A stretch of 64,000 nucleotides of DNA from Escherichia phage vB_EcoM_IME392. Shown piece after piece: positions 1 through 7,972 of the stretch. The stretch lies in the sequence record MH719082.1. One strand, written 5' to 3'. Each line of letters begins with the position of its first letter. Position 1 is the stretch's first letter. Position numbers and translations under genes: made by a program. The notes beneath the pieces were generated by a model. It worked only from the letters and a program-made list of their open reading frames with translations, did not search any database and was not told where the DNA came from.

Positions 1-931
1 TCACATCCAGAGTTGATCCTGGTTGGAACTCTCGACCAACATCTTCCATTACGTATTCTAGAATACTGTGATCGCTATTATAACGAGAAGCAGCATCTTC
101 AAGAGTAGCGATGTAATGCTGGAAGTAGGTACGGATCTTATACCAGGAATTAAGTGATCCGAGATCAATCGTAGTTACCGGAGCTTCATTAATGTCGTCA
201 ACATAAGCTCGGATATTACTTACCTGCTTCTTGATGTTCGACACTTCCGGATACCAGTGGAGATCATCCGTCATCACCACATAGTTGCCCATATCTACTT
301 TGAGCATAGTTGCGATGATTTCCTGGATGATCGTGAACTCCACCAGATTAACGTTAGTCAATCCCCAGATTAGATCATTACTACGGTTGAATACCGTGCA
401 GTCCAGACCACCATTACGGTACTTAAACGATAGAGCAATGTTGCAGATCATATCTGCGGTATTGATGCTGCCGATGCTGTTTACCAAACCTACATCAGAA
501 TCACGGCTGGGATCGTGAATAGTAGCCACGCACTTACGGTTACCCAGGTCAGAACGGAGGCGGTCTGTTACAGTCTGGAGTTGATCGTAGTTATACAGAC
601 GCTCACCGTAAGCACCACGCCAGGTAACCATATCATCGCTAAACATCTTAGCGCGAGGAACCATAATCGACATCCAGTTATCGATTGCATAGCCACCAGA
701 CAGTACCCACAATACTTCCCCCATAATTCCGAGGATATTGTCTTTACGTTCTGGATGAGCCATCCAACGATTAATCGGATTACTTAACTCAACTACAGCA
801 TGACCGATGGATACTACCGCCGAAGAGTTAACAGAAGTTCTGGACTTCTGCAACTCACCAGCCTTATCCATAGTATTGATGCTGTTAACCAGGATTTCAG
901 TATTACTGTTACCGCGAATTACCGAGATCAT
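1..931 (-). CDS. Thymidylate-synthase-superfamily enzyme, probable deoxypyrimidylate hydroxymethylase (C-terminus lies beyond window edge)
   Basis: Not in the ORF track because there is no stop in the window. My translation of the minus strand from ATG 931-929 stays open for 310 codons (MISVIRGNSNTEILV...). TS-fold motifs: WRGAYGERLY, NRKCVATIHDPSRD, Cys segment ADMICNIALSFKY (Cys codon 445-443), RSNDLIWGLTNVN, TDDLHWY. The start overlaps the kinase stop as ATGA (928-931). Confidence 0.75.
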   Translation of the reverse strand, partial: MISVIRGNSNTEILVNSINTMDKAGELQKSRTSVNSSAVVSIGHAVVELSNPINRWMAHPERKDNILGIMGEVLWVLSGGYAIDNWMSIMVPRAKMFSDDMVTWRGAYGERLYNYDQLQTVTDRLRSDLGNRKCVATIHDPSRDSDVGLVNSIGSINTADMICNIALSFKYRNGGLDCTVFNRSNDLIWGLTNVNLVEFTIIQEIIATMLKVDMGNYVVMTDDLHWYPEVSNIKKQVSNIRAYVDDINEAPVTTIDLGSLNSWYKIRTYFQHYIATLEDAASRYNSDHSILEYVMEDVGREFQPGSTLDV

Positions 932-1650
932 TTAGAGTCCTTACGCACTGAATCAATAGACTTAACTGCAGAGGACAGTAACTCCAGACGGGCCTCCTGA
1001 GGGATCATACCAGATGGCTCATTCAGGATCATAATACCTTTACCAGTATTAGTAAAACGAGCTGTGATTGATCCAGGATACACCGGATGATTCAGAGTTA
1101 CAGAATTACACAACGCAGCACCGAATCGCTCCTCGTAGGCACGCATAGTTACCTTAAGGAGAGTAGAACTGACTGCTACAGAGTATTCCGGATCAACAAC
1201 ACGGAAGTTATTGTCCTCAATACTCTTATCCTTCGTATTGAAGAACAGAGTCATGTTATAATAATCAATAGACTCGTTACTGAGACGTAATGCCTCATCA
1301 CGAGCTTCCTGGCTAGCAAACATACTGTTATGCAGCAGGAAGTAAACGTACGAATCGAATACCGCACGATCACTGACGATCAACTCGCCACGATTGTAGG
1401 CATCCTTGAACATCTGAGTTCGCTGACGAATAAGACGCAGCTGGAACTCTACCGCTTCCATAGGATCTTCCACAGCTAAGCGCAGAATATCCATATGGGA
1501 TGTTACTCCCAGAGGAAGATGGTCACGAGTCTGTACTGCACGGAAGGTACATTCGGTTGATTCTTCCCAGCCTTTAGCCAGAGTAGATTTACCGGTACCC
1601 TGCGCACCAGACATAATTACACTGTAGCCTGGGATACTATAGTCTCTCAT
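928..1650 (-). CDS. P-loop kinase of deoxynucleoside/dNMP-kinase type (candidate hm-dNMP kinase or 5-hmdU DNA kinase)
   Basis: Walker A SGAQGTGKSTLAKG. IVSDRAVFDSYVYF resembles the ERS..D..F motif of dNK/TMPK-type kinases. I prefer ATG at 1650 (GGAGAGAATA-ATG) over the TTG at 1662 used by the track. Confidence 0.6.
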   Translation of the reverse strand: MRDYSIPGYSVIMSGAQGTGKSTLAKGWEESTECTFRAVQTRDHLPLGVTSHMDILRLAVEDPMEAVEFQLRLIRQRTQMFKDAYNRGELIVSDRAVFDSYVYFLLHNSMFASQEARDEALRLSNESIDYYNMTLFFNTKDKSIEDNNFRVVDPEYSVAVSSTLLKVTMRAYEERFGAALCNSVTLNHPVYPGSITARFTNTGKGIMILNEPSGMIPQEARLELLSSAVKSIDSVRKDSK

Positions 1651-1682
1651 TATTCTCTCCAATTAAGAATCTTTCCCACATT

Positions 1683-1713
1683 TTAACAGCCTTTCAAGAC
1701 CCTAAAAGAGCGG
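1683..1713 (-). promoter_or_regulatory. Conserved early/middle promoter-like motif, copy 1 of 15
   Basis: Minus strand reads CCGCTCTTTTAGGGTCTTGAAAGGCTGTTAA followed by AAT (TGTTAAAAT, an extended -10-like element). It lies about 30 nt upstream of the kinase ATG. Confidence 0.6.
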
Positions 1714-1739
1714 ACTAAAAAGGCTGGTGTAAATGTGAA

Positions 1740-2711
1740 CTAGCTAAACTTATACCAGCGAGGTCTCATACGGATCTCGTGATTCAGTTTATGTAGTTTC
1801 GAGAATTCGCAGAATGAGTTGGTGAACATCTGACGAGTATAGAACCGCTCATCCTCCGGCATGAAGTGGAACCATTTCTCCGGCTCCCATGCATACCCGA
1901 AATGAGCACATATCTCTTTGATGTTCTGATACCACCATTCCACGAACATCTGGTAGCCGCAAGGAGGGTTCTGGTCATTAAGCATGTACCATACCCCATC
2001 CTGCGTCCCGGGTCCACATACGATAGCATCGTTATCTGTGTACGCAGTCTCTTTAGAGTAGGACATAGTTGCCCAGCATTGATATGCCATGAACGGACCT
2101 AATCCAGATACCTGTAACAGATGCTCGATGGCCTCGGTAGCGAACGGAGACTTCCATGCCAGTAAGATAGGATCACTGTAGGTCTTCACCAGATAGGCTC
2201 TGGCAGCTACACTGTACTTAATATCCTCTGGACATACTTCATTAGCCATCTTAACTGCTGTGCTAAGGAAGTAGGCATTTGATTGCTGTGGAGCAGTGAA
2301 CGGAGGACCATCCTCATAACGACGTAGCTCTTCACGACCCATGTTATGTATGTCGTCATAGCTCATCTCATAAAGAGGAAGGACTCTGCGGAAGCGATCC
2401 ATATATGAATCACCACGGTTTATCATCTGGAAGAGTACCACGTTAAGCGCCTTACTCTCCCAGCTTAGGGAATCGTTCTCCAGAATGTTCTTGATAGCCC
2501 ATACTGTTTCACGATCGTGCTTACGGAACACGTTAGTGAATTTAAACTTACTAATCCACTTATGTTCTGTCCACGGAGGAGGTAGCTTAAGTATCTCCTT
2601 CTTATAATAAACCTCAGTCCGCTCGCGGTTATACTCCACATACTCACGTAGCTCCTCGGGATTTATCATCCCGAGTAACCCGTCGAAGTGCAAACCTAAC
2701 GGTTTAGACAT
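1740..2711 (-). CDS. Conserved 323-aa protein; tentative aGPT-Pplase-like (alpha-glutamyl/putrescinyl thymine pyrophosphorylase family) DNA hypermodification enzyme
   Basis: Clean ORF with a TAATG overlap to the upstream gene (2709-2713). The segment PPPWTEHKWISKFKFTNVFRKHDRETVW matches what I recall of aGPT-Pplase-type proteins (memory only). It sits between a DNA-glucosyltransferase-like gene and a P-loop kinase plus TS-like pair. Confidence 0.4.
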   Translation of the reverse strand: MSKPLGLHFDGLLGMINPEELREYVEYNRERTEVYYKKEILKLPPPWTEHKWISKFKFTNVFRKHDRETVWAIKNILENDSLSWESKALNVVLFQMINRGDSYMDRFRRVLPLYEMSYDDIHNMGREELRRYEDGPPFTAPQQSNAYFLSTAVKMANEVCPEDIKYSVAARAYLVKTYSDPILLAWKSPFATEAIEHLLQVSGLGPFMAYQCWATMSYSKETAYTDNDAIVCGPGTQDGVWYMLNDQNPPCGYQMFVEWWYQNIKEICAHFGYAWEPEKWFHFMPEDERFYTRQMFTNSFCEFSKLHKLNHEIRMRPRWYKFS

Positions 2712-3790
2712 TAAAGAATACCTTCTTTGGTAAAGTAGTCTATTACTTCATCCTGAAGTTCTTGTGCGTAATCCTTGCGCAGATATAGATTCTCATACTG
2801 ATGTTTCAGCAGAGCATCACGATCTTTCAGTTTCTCTGCAATCTCCGCATTACTGGAGACGATCAGAGGAGCCAGTAGCTCTTCGGGGACGCCGCTCCGG
2901 ATTATTGTTCCAGCAGCATCTTTATCCACCAGCATCAGAGTACCAGAGCTCAGGTATTCGTAATAACGGTTAGGTGGGCTGGTATAGAACGAATTACTGG
3001 AGTTCCAGTCTTCGATAAGCAGTACCGCTGCATATTTAGCCACTTCATCCAGCATCTCTGACAGCTTAAACTTAGGCAGCCAGTTAATCGGAGCAGCAGG
3101 TCCCAGCCACTTACGTTCTTTAGGATCCAGCTCTTCCCAGTTTTCCTGCTCGTAGCCGTCAAATCCTGCAAGACCACCAGTATGTTTAGCGATGGACATC
3201 TGAGCTTTGTAGCTCGGCACCGACATAAACAGTTCCAGACCATCTTGCTGGGAGAAGTACTGAGTGAACTTATGGAAGCGGCCTTCACGAGCAGCACCGT
3301 AATACAGCAGGCTATTGTCCGGCTTATCTGACGATCCATAGCGAGGCTTACGACCAGGAACGTAGGTAAGACGGTTCCAGTTAATGTGATGATAGTTCTC
3401 TTCGCTAGGAGAATACTGATTACCCCAGGAAGTACGTTCAAATGCTGCTACAACTTTAAATACAGTAGCTGCGGTGATGTGTCTCCACTGCGGACCCTGG
3501 ATACGCATCTTAGACGAGTAATCCTGTCCAATCCAGTAGAACTTAGCTCCGACATCTGCCTGGTCTACCCAGAACTTATACATCTCGTCGCGGAACTTAC
3601 AGAAGGTAGGAACACCATTGATGGCGATAATCACGTCATATTTAGTGCCATCTTCCATAGCCTTAACGAACTTAGGAGTATCGTCCAACAGGTCAGCTTG
3701 AAGTCCGTAGGCTAACCAGGAAGCCAGAGTATTACTGGCAATGATGGATTTATCGCTGCATGGCGAAAAGTTAGTTACTGCAATCTTCAT
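2711..3790 (-). CDS. T4 beta-glucosyltransferase-like DNA glycosyltransferase (GT-B, GT63-like)
   Basis: 359 aa versus 351 aa for T4 BGT. Colinear matches to my recollection of T4 BGT: MKIAVTNFS / MKIAIINMG; YDVIIAINGVPTF / YDRLIVVNSSINF; LLYYGAAREGRFHKF / DVIYGGSFRSGQRESK; AAVLLIEDWNSSNSF...TLMLVDKD / IAALIIGDKNYNDNF...AVMLIDEE. Confidence 0.6.
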   Translation of the reverse strand: MKIAVTNFSPCSDKSIIASNTLASWLAYGLQADLLDDTPKFVKAMEDGTKYDVIIAINGVPTFCKFRDEMYKFWVDQADVGAKFYWIGQDYSSKMRIQGPQWRHITAATVFKVVAAFERTSWGNQYSPSEENYHHINWNRLTYVPGRKPRYGSSDKPDNSLLYYGAAREGRFHKFTQYFSQQDGLELFMSVPSYKAQMSIAKHTGGLAGFDGYEQENWEELDPKERKWLGPAAPINWLPKFKLSEMLDEVAKYAAVLLIEDWNSSNSFYTSPPNRYYEYLSSGTLMLVDKDAAGTIIRSGVPEELLAPLIVSSNAEIAEKLKDRDALLKHQYENLYLRKDYAQELQDEVIDYFTKEGIL

Positions 3791-3818
3791 GTTTAATTTC
3801 TCCGTAGGCTGTCACAAT

Positions 3819-3849
3819 TTAACAGCCTTTTAGCTCATCAAAGAAGCGA
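3819..3849 (-). promoter_or_regulatory. Conserved promoter-like motif, copy 2
   Basis: Minus strand reads TCGCTTCTTTGATGAGCTAAAAGGCTGTTAA followed by ATT. The upstream half overlaps the stop of the GT2 gene. It lies about 25 nt before ATG 3790. Confidence 0.55.
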
Positions 3850-4872
3850 GTTAGCTGATGCCCAGCTCAGCCAGTTATCGTTGAGATCGGTCAGGTAGGA
3901 GTAATCCTTATTCAGACCGAATACAGTACGGTTAGTTCCGTCGAACTTCATTATACCAGCGCCAGGAGCTCTGATGATTGCATCTTCCGTAGCCAGACAA
4001 TATTCTTTCAAGTATTCCTGGATGTTGGGACGAATACGACGGAAGGAACTATCTGCCGAGTCATAGTGGAACATATCTGCGCAGTGCCACTGTACGTAGG
4101 ATTTATCCGGACGGCTGAGTAGTTCATTACGGGTAACCATATCTTTAGGAGAATATCCCAGCTTAGCTACAGTGACTTCGTGAATACCTCCACCATTAGA
4201 CGAAGTATCCATCAGCCAGTTTTCGTCCCAGTAGAACGAAGTACCAGTACCAGTTACCTGTCCAACCTTCCAGCCCATCGCCATACCTTTAAACAACAGG
4301 TAGCAATCTTCTCCTACGGTCAACTGTTGGAAGGTTATATCGAACAGCCAGAACATCTTCTCACTGGTCTTGACCATGATACCGAGGTCAGTGGCCGGAG
4401 CAGTGTTATTATGTGACTGACGATCGCATAGTTCAACAATCTTGTAGTTACGATTCTTGAAGCTACGGACGAACGCCATCTCAAACTCAGATCCCTCGAA
4501 GTCTATAACGGAACGGTCCAGATGGAAAATATTATCTGCGAACCAGACATCATCATCCACGAAGTAGCAGATGTCTGGACACCAGTTCTGATCCTCCATT
4601 AAAATCCATGCCTTATCAAGAGCATGAGCTCGGATTCTTCCGATTACCGGATTATCGTACTTAGGACGATGCCAGAAATTAAACTGCTCGTCCCCACCGA
4701 ACTGCTCTTCCAGAACTGCCTTATCTTCTTCGGAGGCATCCTGCATAAAGTAGAAGAAACGATACTCGATAGAGTCGTCAGTCTTCTTAGCATCTTTGAA
4801 CGACTGAATCTGACGGAGTACCGACTTCATACGATGATAGGTTGGGATGATAAAAGCCACTTTGGTAGTCAT
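3838..4872 (-). CDS. Family-2-type (GT-A) glycosyltransferase
   Basis: N-terminal VAFIIPTYHRMKSV (the GT2 signature IPTYNR-like) and a DXD-like YFVDDDVWF. Only 6 nt separate it from the upstream deacetylase gene. Confidence 0.7.
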   Translation of the reverse strand: MTTKVAFIIPTYHRMKSVLRQIQSFKDAKKTDDSIEYRFFYFMQDASEEDKAVLEEQFGGDEQFNFWHRPKYDNPVIGRIRAHALDKAWILMEDQNWCPDICYFVDDDVWFADNIFHLDRSVIDFEGSEFEMAFVRSFKNRNYKIVELCDRQSHNNTAPATDLGIMVKTSEKMFWLFDITFQQLTVGEDCYLLFKGMAMGWKVGQVTGTGTSFYWDENWLMDTSSNGGGIHEVTVAKLGYSPKDMVTRNELLSRPDKSYVQWHCADMFHYDSADSSFRRIRPNIQEYLKEYCLATEDAIIRAPGAGIMKFDGTNRTVFGLNKDYSYLTDLNDNWLSWASANSLL

Positions 4873-4878
4873 ATTTAT

Positions 4879-5490
4879 TTATCCAATTTGACGAACTAAG
4901 CGAAACCCTTCGGCGTACGGCCACTGGGCAGAATATCCACGTAAGGTGGCTAGAGCTAAGATACTCTGGGTATCTCGGTCTGACTTAATCTGGGAGTCGA
5001 ATCGTCCCATAGCCTGGCACTTACACTCAATATCGTCCTTATTCAGACGCTCGAAGTAATTAGGTTCCATCTGACCGAACTGGGTCAGGGACTCGGCATA
5101 CTCATATTCCAGGATAAGCCAGTTATACGCTCGGAGAGCTACACGAGCAGCATGATTAACTAGTTGATGGTCCTGGTGTAGGCTACTGAACGGAATATAG
5201 ACTACATCCGGCCTGATTTTAGCAACATAGTCCGCAATATCCTTAGCCAATTGCGGAATATCCTTCTGAGTCATACCATCGCCTGTGGAGGCATCGTTAC
5301 GCTCCAGGCAATGTACTTCTTTGATATTCGGATAGACACCGAATGCTGCTTCGGCTTCACCACGACGGGTCTCGTCCGGAGCAGTTACTTCGAGGATGAA
5401 AAATTGGTCGTCGCGGAATTTGCTCATAATACCTCCGCAACCCAGAATCTCATCATCGTGATGTGGGCTGATAATCAATCGTGACTTCAT
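4879..5490 (-). CDS. PIG-L/LmbE-family N-acetylglucosaminyl deacetylase
   Basis: LIISPHHDDEILGCGG (PIG-L motif HPDDE) and a later HQDHQLV metal-binding-type motif. RBS GAGGA lies before ATG 5490. Confidence 0.8.
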   Translation of the reverse strand: MKSRLIISPHHDDEILGCGGIMSKFRDDQFFILEVTAPDETRRGEAEAAFGVYPNIKEVHCLERNDASTGDGMTQKDIPQLAKDIADYVAKIRPDVVYIPFSSLHQDHQLVNHAARVALRAYNWLILEYEYAESLTQFGQMEPNYFERLNKDDIECKCQAMGRFDSQIKSDRDTQSILALATLRGYSAQWPYAEGFRLVRQIG

Positions 5491-5505
5491 TATTAATCCT
5501 CGCTA

Positions 5506-5541
5506 CACAAAAATGGGGTTAGGCCGTAGAGACCTAACCCC
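5506..5541 (-). terminator. Rho-independent terminator-like hairpin
   Basis: 9-bp stem ggggttagg / cctaacccc (5515-5523 / 5533-5541), followed on the minus strand by TTTTT (plus-strand aaaaa 5509-5513). It shares the 17-nt string ctacacaaaaatggggt with the terminator at 13341-13357. Confidence 0.6.
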
Positions 5542-5557
5542 GTACGCCTCTGACACC

Positions 5558-5588
5558 TTAACAGCCTTTTAGGTCATCAAACAGGAGG
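5558..5588 (-). promoter_or_regulatory. Conserved promoter-like motif, copy 3
   Basis: Minus strand reads CCTCCTGTTTGATGACCTAAAAGGCTGTTAA followed by GGT. It overlaps the 3' end of the transporter gene and lies upstream of the 5515-5541 hairpin. Confidence 0.5.
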
Positions 5589-6959
5589 AGTTTCCTTAGC
5601 CAAGAATACTTTAGGTACAAAGATCTTGAGGAACCCGAATAGAATACACAATACCCCAATCAGTACCGGAACAGCCGATACAGCTACCAGAGTCTTCGTT
5701 ACAGTTACTACGTCACCACCTGCCCAGTTAAGTGCAGCAGCAACTACACCCATGCTTACAATCCAGAATACACGAGTTCTAGGAGCGGTCATGGACTCTA
5801 CCGTAATACCTGCTGAGTCATGACCTGTAATAAAGAACAGAATCACAGACACGAGGGTAATTACTGAGAATATCCATCCGCCTGGGAAATTAGCCAGAAG
5901 CTGGAAGATATCCTGAGCACCATGTTGCAAACCGGCTACACCGAATACGGTAAACCATACGTTACTGATAATGGTAGGGAACAGTACACATCCCAGGATC
6001 AGTTCGCGAATAGTACGGCCGTAAGAGATACGTGCCACAAACGCTCCGACGAATAATGCCCAACCTACCCAGGCTGCATAGTAAGCATAAGGCCAGCTAG
6101 CCAGCCATTGCTTCTCTTCAGCAGTACTGCCAATGTTTACCGACATAGGAATAATCTGGAGCAGATAGCTGCCAGAATAGGTGATGGTCTTCCAGAGGTA
6201 TTCAAAGAATGTACCACTTACAGCAACGAATGCCATAATAGATAGAGCTACGATTACATTATATCTGGATAACCACTTAACCCCACGATCGACACCAGTT
6301 ACGGCACTAAGTACAGTGCCCAGAGTCAGGAGTGCGATAATGGTGTAAGGACCAACATCCACACCAAGGAACTCTTTAAATCCAGAACTGATCGGGCCTA
6401 CTGCGTAGACGAACGACAGGGTTAAGCCTATGATGGTCGAGAAGAGTAAGCTTATCGTATTAAGGTTATTCAGAGTTCGGGACTTGAATAACTGATTAAG
6501 CGGACGGTCTTCACCACGTACATGCAGTAAGTACCCGAATGCCACCCCTACGACTGCATACACAGCCCATGCATTAAGTCCCCAGTCAAAGAAGGTAGTT
6601 ACCATATTCTGACGTTCGGACATACCCTCCTGATGATGGTACATAGGTTCGAGTACGCCATAATAAATCATGGATACACCCATACCGGTACTAAACATCA
6701 TAGAGTAATAGGTAAAGCGATTGTATTTCGGAGTACCTTTACCCAGCTTAATGTTACCATGTTTGCTGAATACAAAGAATGCCAGGAACGCCAGGAAGAT
6801 CAGCGAAGACCAGGTAAATATGAATCCATACTGAGATATAAATACAGACTTACTCCAGTCCATTACAGCACCAAACTGGGTGGGAGCAAACATAATGGCG
6901 AGTACAATACCCACCGTTACCAGCACCGTCCCCCAGGTAACTACCTTTGAATCGGACAT
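5577..6959 (-). CDS. BCCT-family (betaine/carnitine/choline-type) secondary transporter
   Basis: 460 aa, hydrophobic throughout with about 11-12 predicted helices by eye. FSKHGNIKLGKGTPKYNRFTYYSMMFSTGMGVSMIYYGVLEP matches the BCCT N-terminal block (RLG...F..SWFAMLFAAGMGIGL.FWGVAEP). WPYAYYAAWVGWALFVGAFVARISYGRTIRE matches the BCCT signature W.....W..W.PFVG.FIARIS.GRTIRE. Confidence 0.75.
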   Translation of the reverse strand: MSDSKVVTWGTVLVTVGIVLAIMFAPTQFGAVMDWSKSVFISQYGFIFTWSSLIFLAFLAFFVFSKHGNIKLGKGTPKYNRFTYYSMMFSTGMGVSMIYYGVLEPMYHHQEGMSERQNMVTTFFDWGLNAWAVYAVVGVAFGYLLHVRGEDRPLNQLFKSRTLNNLNTISLLFSTIIGLTLSFVYAVGPISSGFKEFLGVDVGPYTIIALLTLGTVLSAVTGVDRGVKWLSRYNVIVALSIMAFVAVSGTFFEYLWKTITYSGSYLLQIIPMSVNIGSTAEEKQWLASWPYAYYAAWVGWALFVGAFVARISYGRTIRELILGCVLFPTIISNVWFTVFGVAGLQHGAQDIFQLLANFPGGWIFSVITLVSVILFFITGHDSAGITVESMTAPRTRVFWIVSMGVVAAALNWAGGDVVTVTKTLVAVSAVPVLIGVLCILFGFLKIFVPKVFLAKETPPV

Positions 6960-6962
6960 TGA

Positions 6963-7871
6963 TTATTCCTCAATTACGCCCTTAGCGATTAACTGGCGAC
7001 GGACGTATGCGTAGCCAGCAGGTGAAGTAGCGAGGACGATGTCCGCACTACGGAAGTTGGTTTCGATATAGAAGCACTCCTGAAGATCCCGAGTACAGAA
7101 GAGCTCAGTACTCATCATACCCTCGCGTACGTTACATGCATCTGCAACGAATTGCGCAACATCTTCGAAGTGGTCTACCGAATGACTATAGCCGAATCCA
7201 CGGGCATCAGTAGATATAACGTAGTTAGGGCAGTACGGAGTGAAGTCAGTATCTTCGTAGGATTTACCCTGGATAGTGAAGATATCTGCATAGTCCTTGA
7301 ACCCGCTCGGGCTAACCAGAAGATCCCAGGCAACTACCATACCATCGATAACATCTGCCTGAAGTACCAGAGAGGTAGTATATTCGTCCGGTGCCTTATC
7401 GCAGACCAAAATTGGGGAGTCTCCCAGAAGGTCCGACATAGTGCCCGCACCCTTGCCCCCGTGAACACGATCACGGCGTACAAACGCCTCCTGAGGCCTC
7501 TGGTACAGTCTGAACGACGGTACAATCAGCGAATCAGGCAGAGTTCCCAGGTTAGCTTCGGAGCGAAGGCAGGATAATTGGTCAGCTTTAGACCACGTAC
7601 TTTCGATAGCGTGCAGATCGTTACCGATTTTGGTATAGATATAGCTTTCCGGATTACGGCACTTACCCTGATTCAACTCTTCGATAACCGAGTCGAAATA
7701 AGGAAGTCGTACTGATCCCTCACGAGGAGCAGTTAACGCTACTGAGCCATGCTTGGTATGATCCTGATCAACTACCATAACCTGGTCCAGACTTACACCC
7801 ATCTTAAGAATCTGGGATAATGTAGCTGCCGTGTGATTAGTGCAGCCAATCATCAAATCTAACTTCTTCAT
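6963..7871 (-). CDS. ATP-grasp-like ligase (tentative)
   Basis: 302 aa. Glycine-rich RRDRVHGGKGAGT and C-terminal FYIETNFRSAD (the E-x-N metal-binding motif of ATP-grasp enzymes). A 3-nt gap to the transporter gene implies co-transcription. Confidence 0.4.
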   Translation of the reverse strand: MKKLDLMIGCTNHTAATLSQILKMGVSLDQVMVVDQDHTKHGSVALTAPREGSVRLPYFDSVIEELNQGKCRNPESYIYTKIGNDLHAIESTWSKADQLSCLRSEANLGTLPDSLIVPSFRLYQRPQEAFVRRDRVHGGKGAGTMSDLLGDSPILVCDKAPDEYTTSLVLQADVIDGMVVAWDLLVSPSGFKDYADIFTIQGKSYEDTDFTPYCPNYVISTDARGFGYSHSVDHFEDVAQFVADACNVREGMMSTELFCTRDLQECFYIETNFRSADIVLATSPAGYAYVRRQLIAKGVIEE

Positions 7872-7899
7872 TTTAATTCCTCAGTTAACTTGTACAACC

Positions 7900-7930
7900 T
7901 AACAGCCTTTCGAACCCTAAAAAGAGCGAA
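7900..7930 (-). promoter_or_regulatory. Conserved promoter-like motif, copy 4 (variant CTAACAG)
   Basis: Minus strand reads TCGCTCTTTTTAGGGTTCGAAAGGCTGTTAG followed by GTT. It lies about 28 nt upstream of ATG 7871. Confidence 0.5.
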
Positions 7931-7965
7931 ATAATAGATATCTAGCCATCTCGTAAGATGGCTAT
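7931..7965 (-). terminator. Terminator-like hairpin after the methyltransferase gene
   Basis: 9-bp stem tagccatct / agatggcta (7944-7952 / 7957-7965) with a 4-nt loop. The minus-strand downstream tract is T-rich but interrupted (GATATCTATTATTT). Confidence 0.45.
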
Positions 7966-7972
7966 GTATATA

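Noticed and set aside
285-1000. Three plus-strand track ORFs (285-518, 515-787, 800-1000).
   Set aside because: They are antisense to a continuous 310-codon minus-strand reading frame with clear thymidylate-synthase-fold motifs. Their products look like low-complexity antisense translations.
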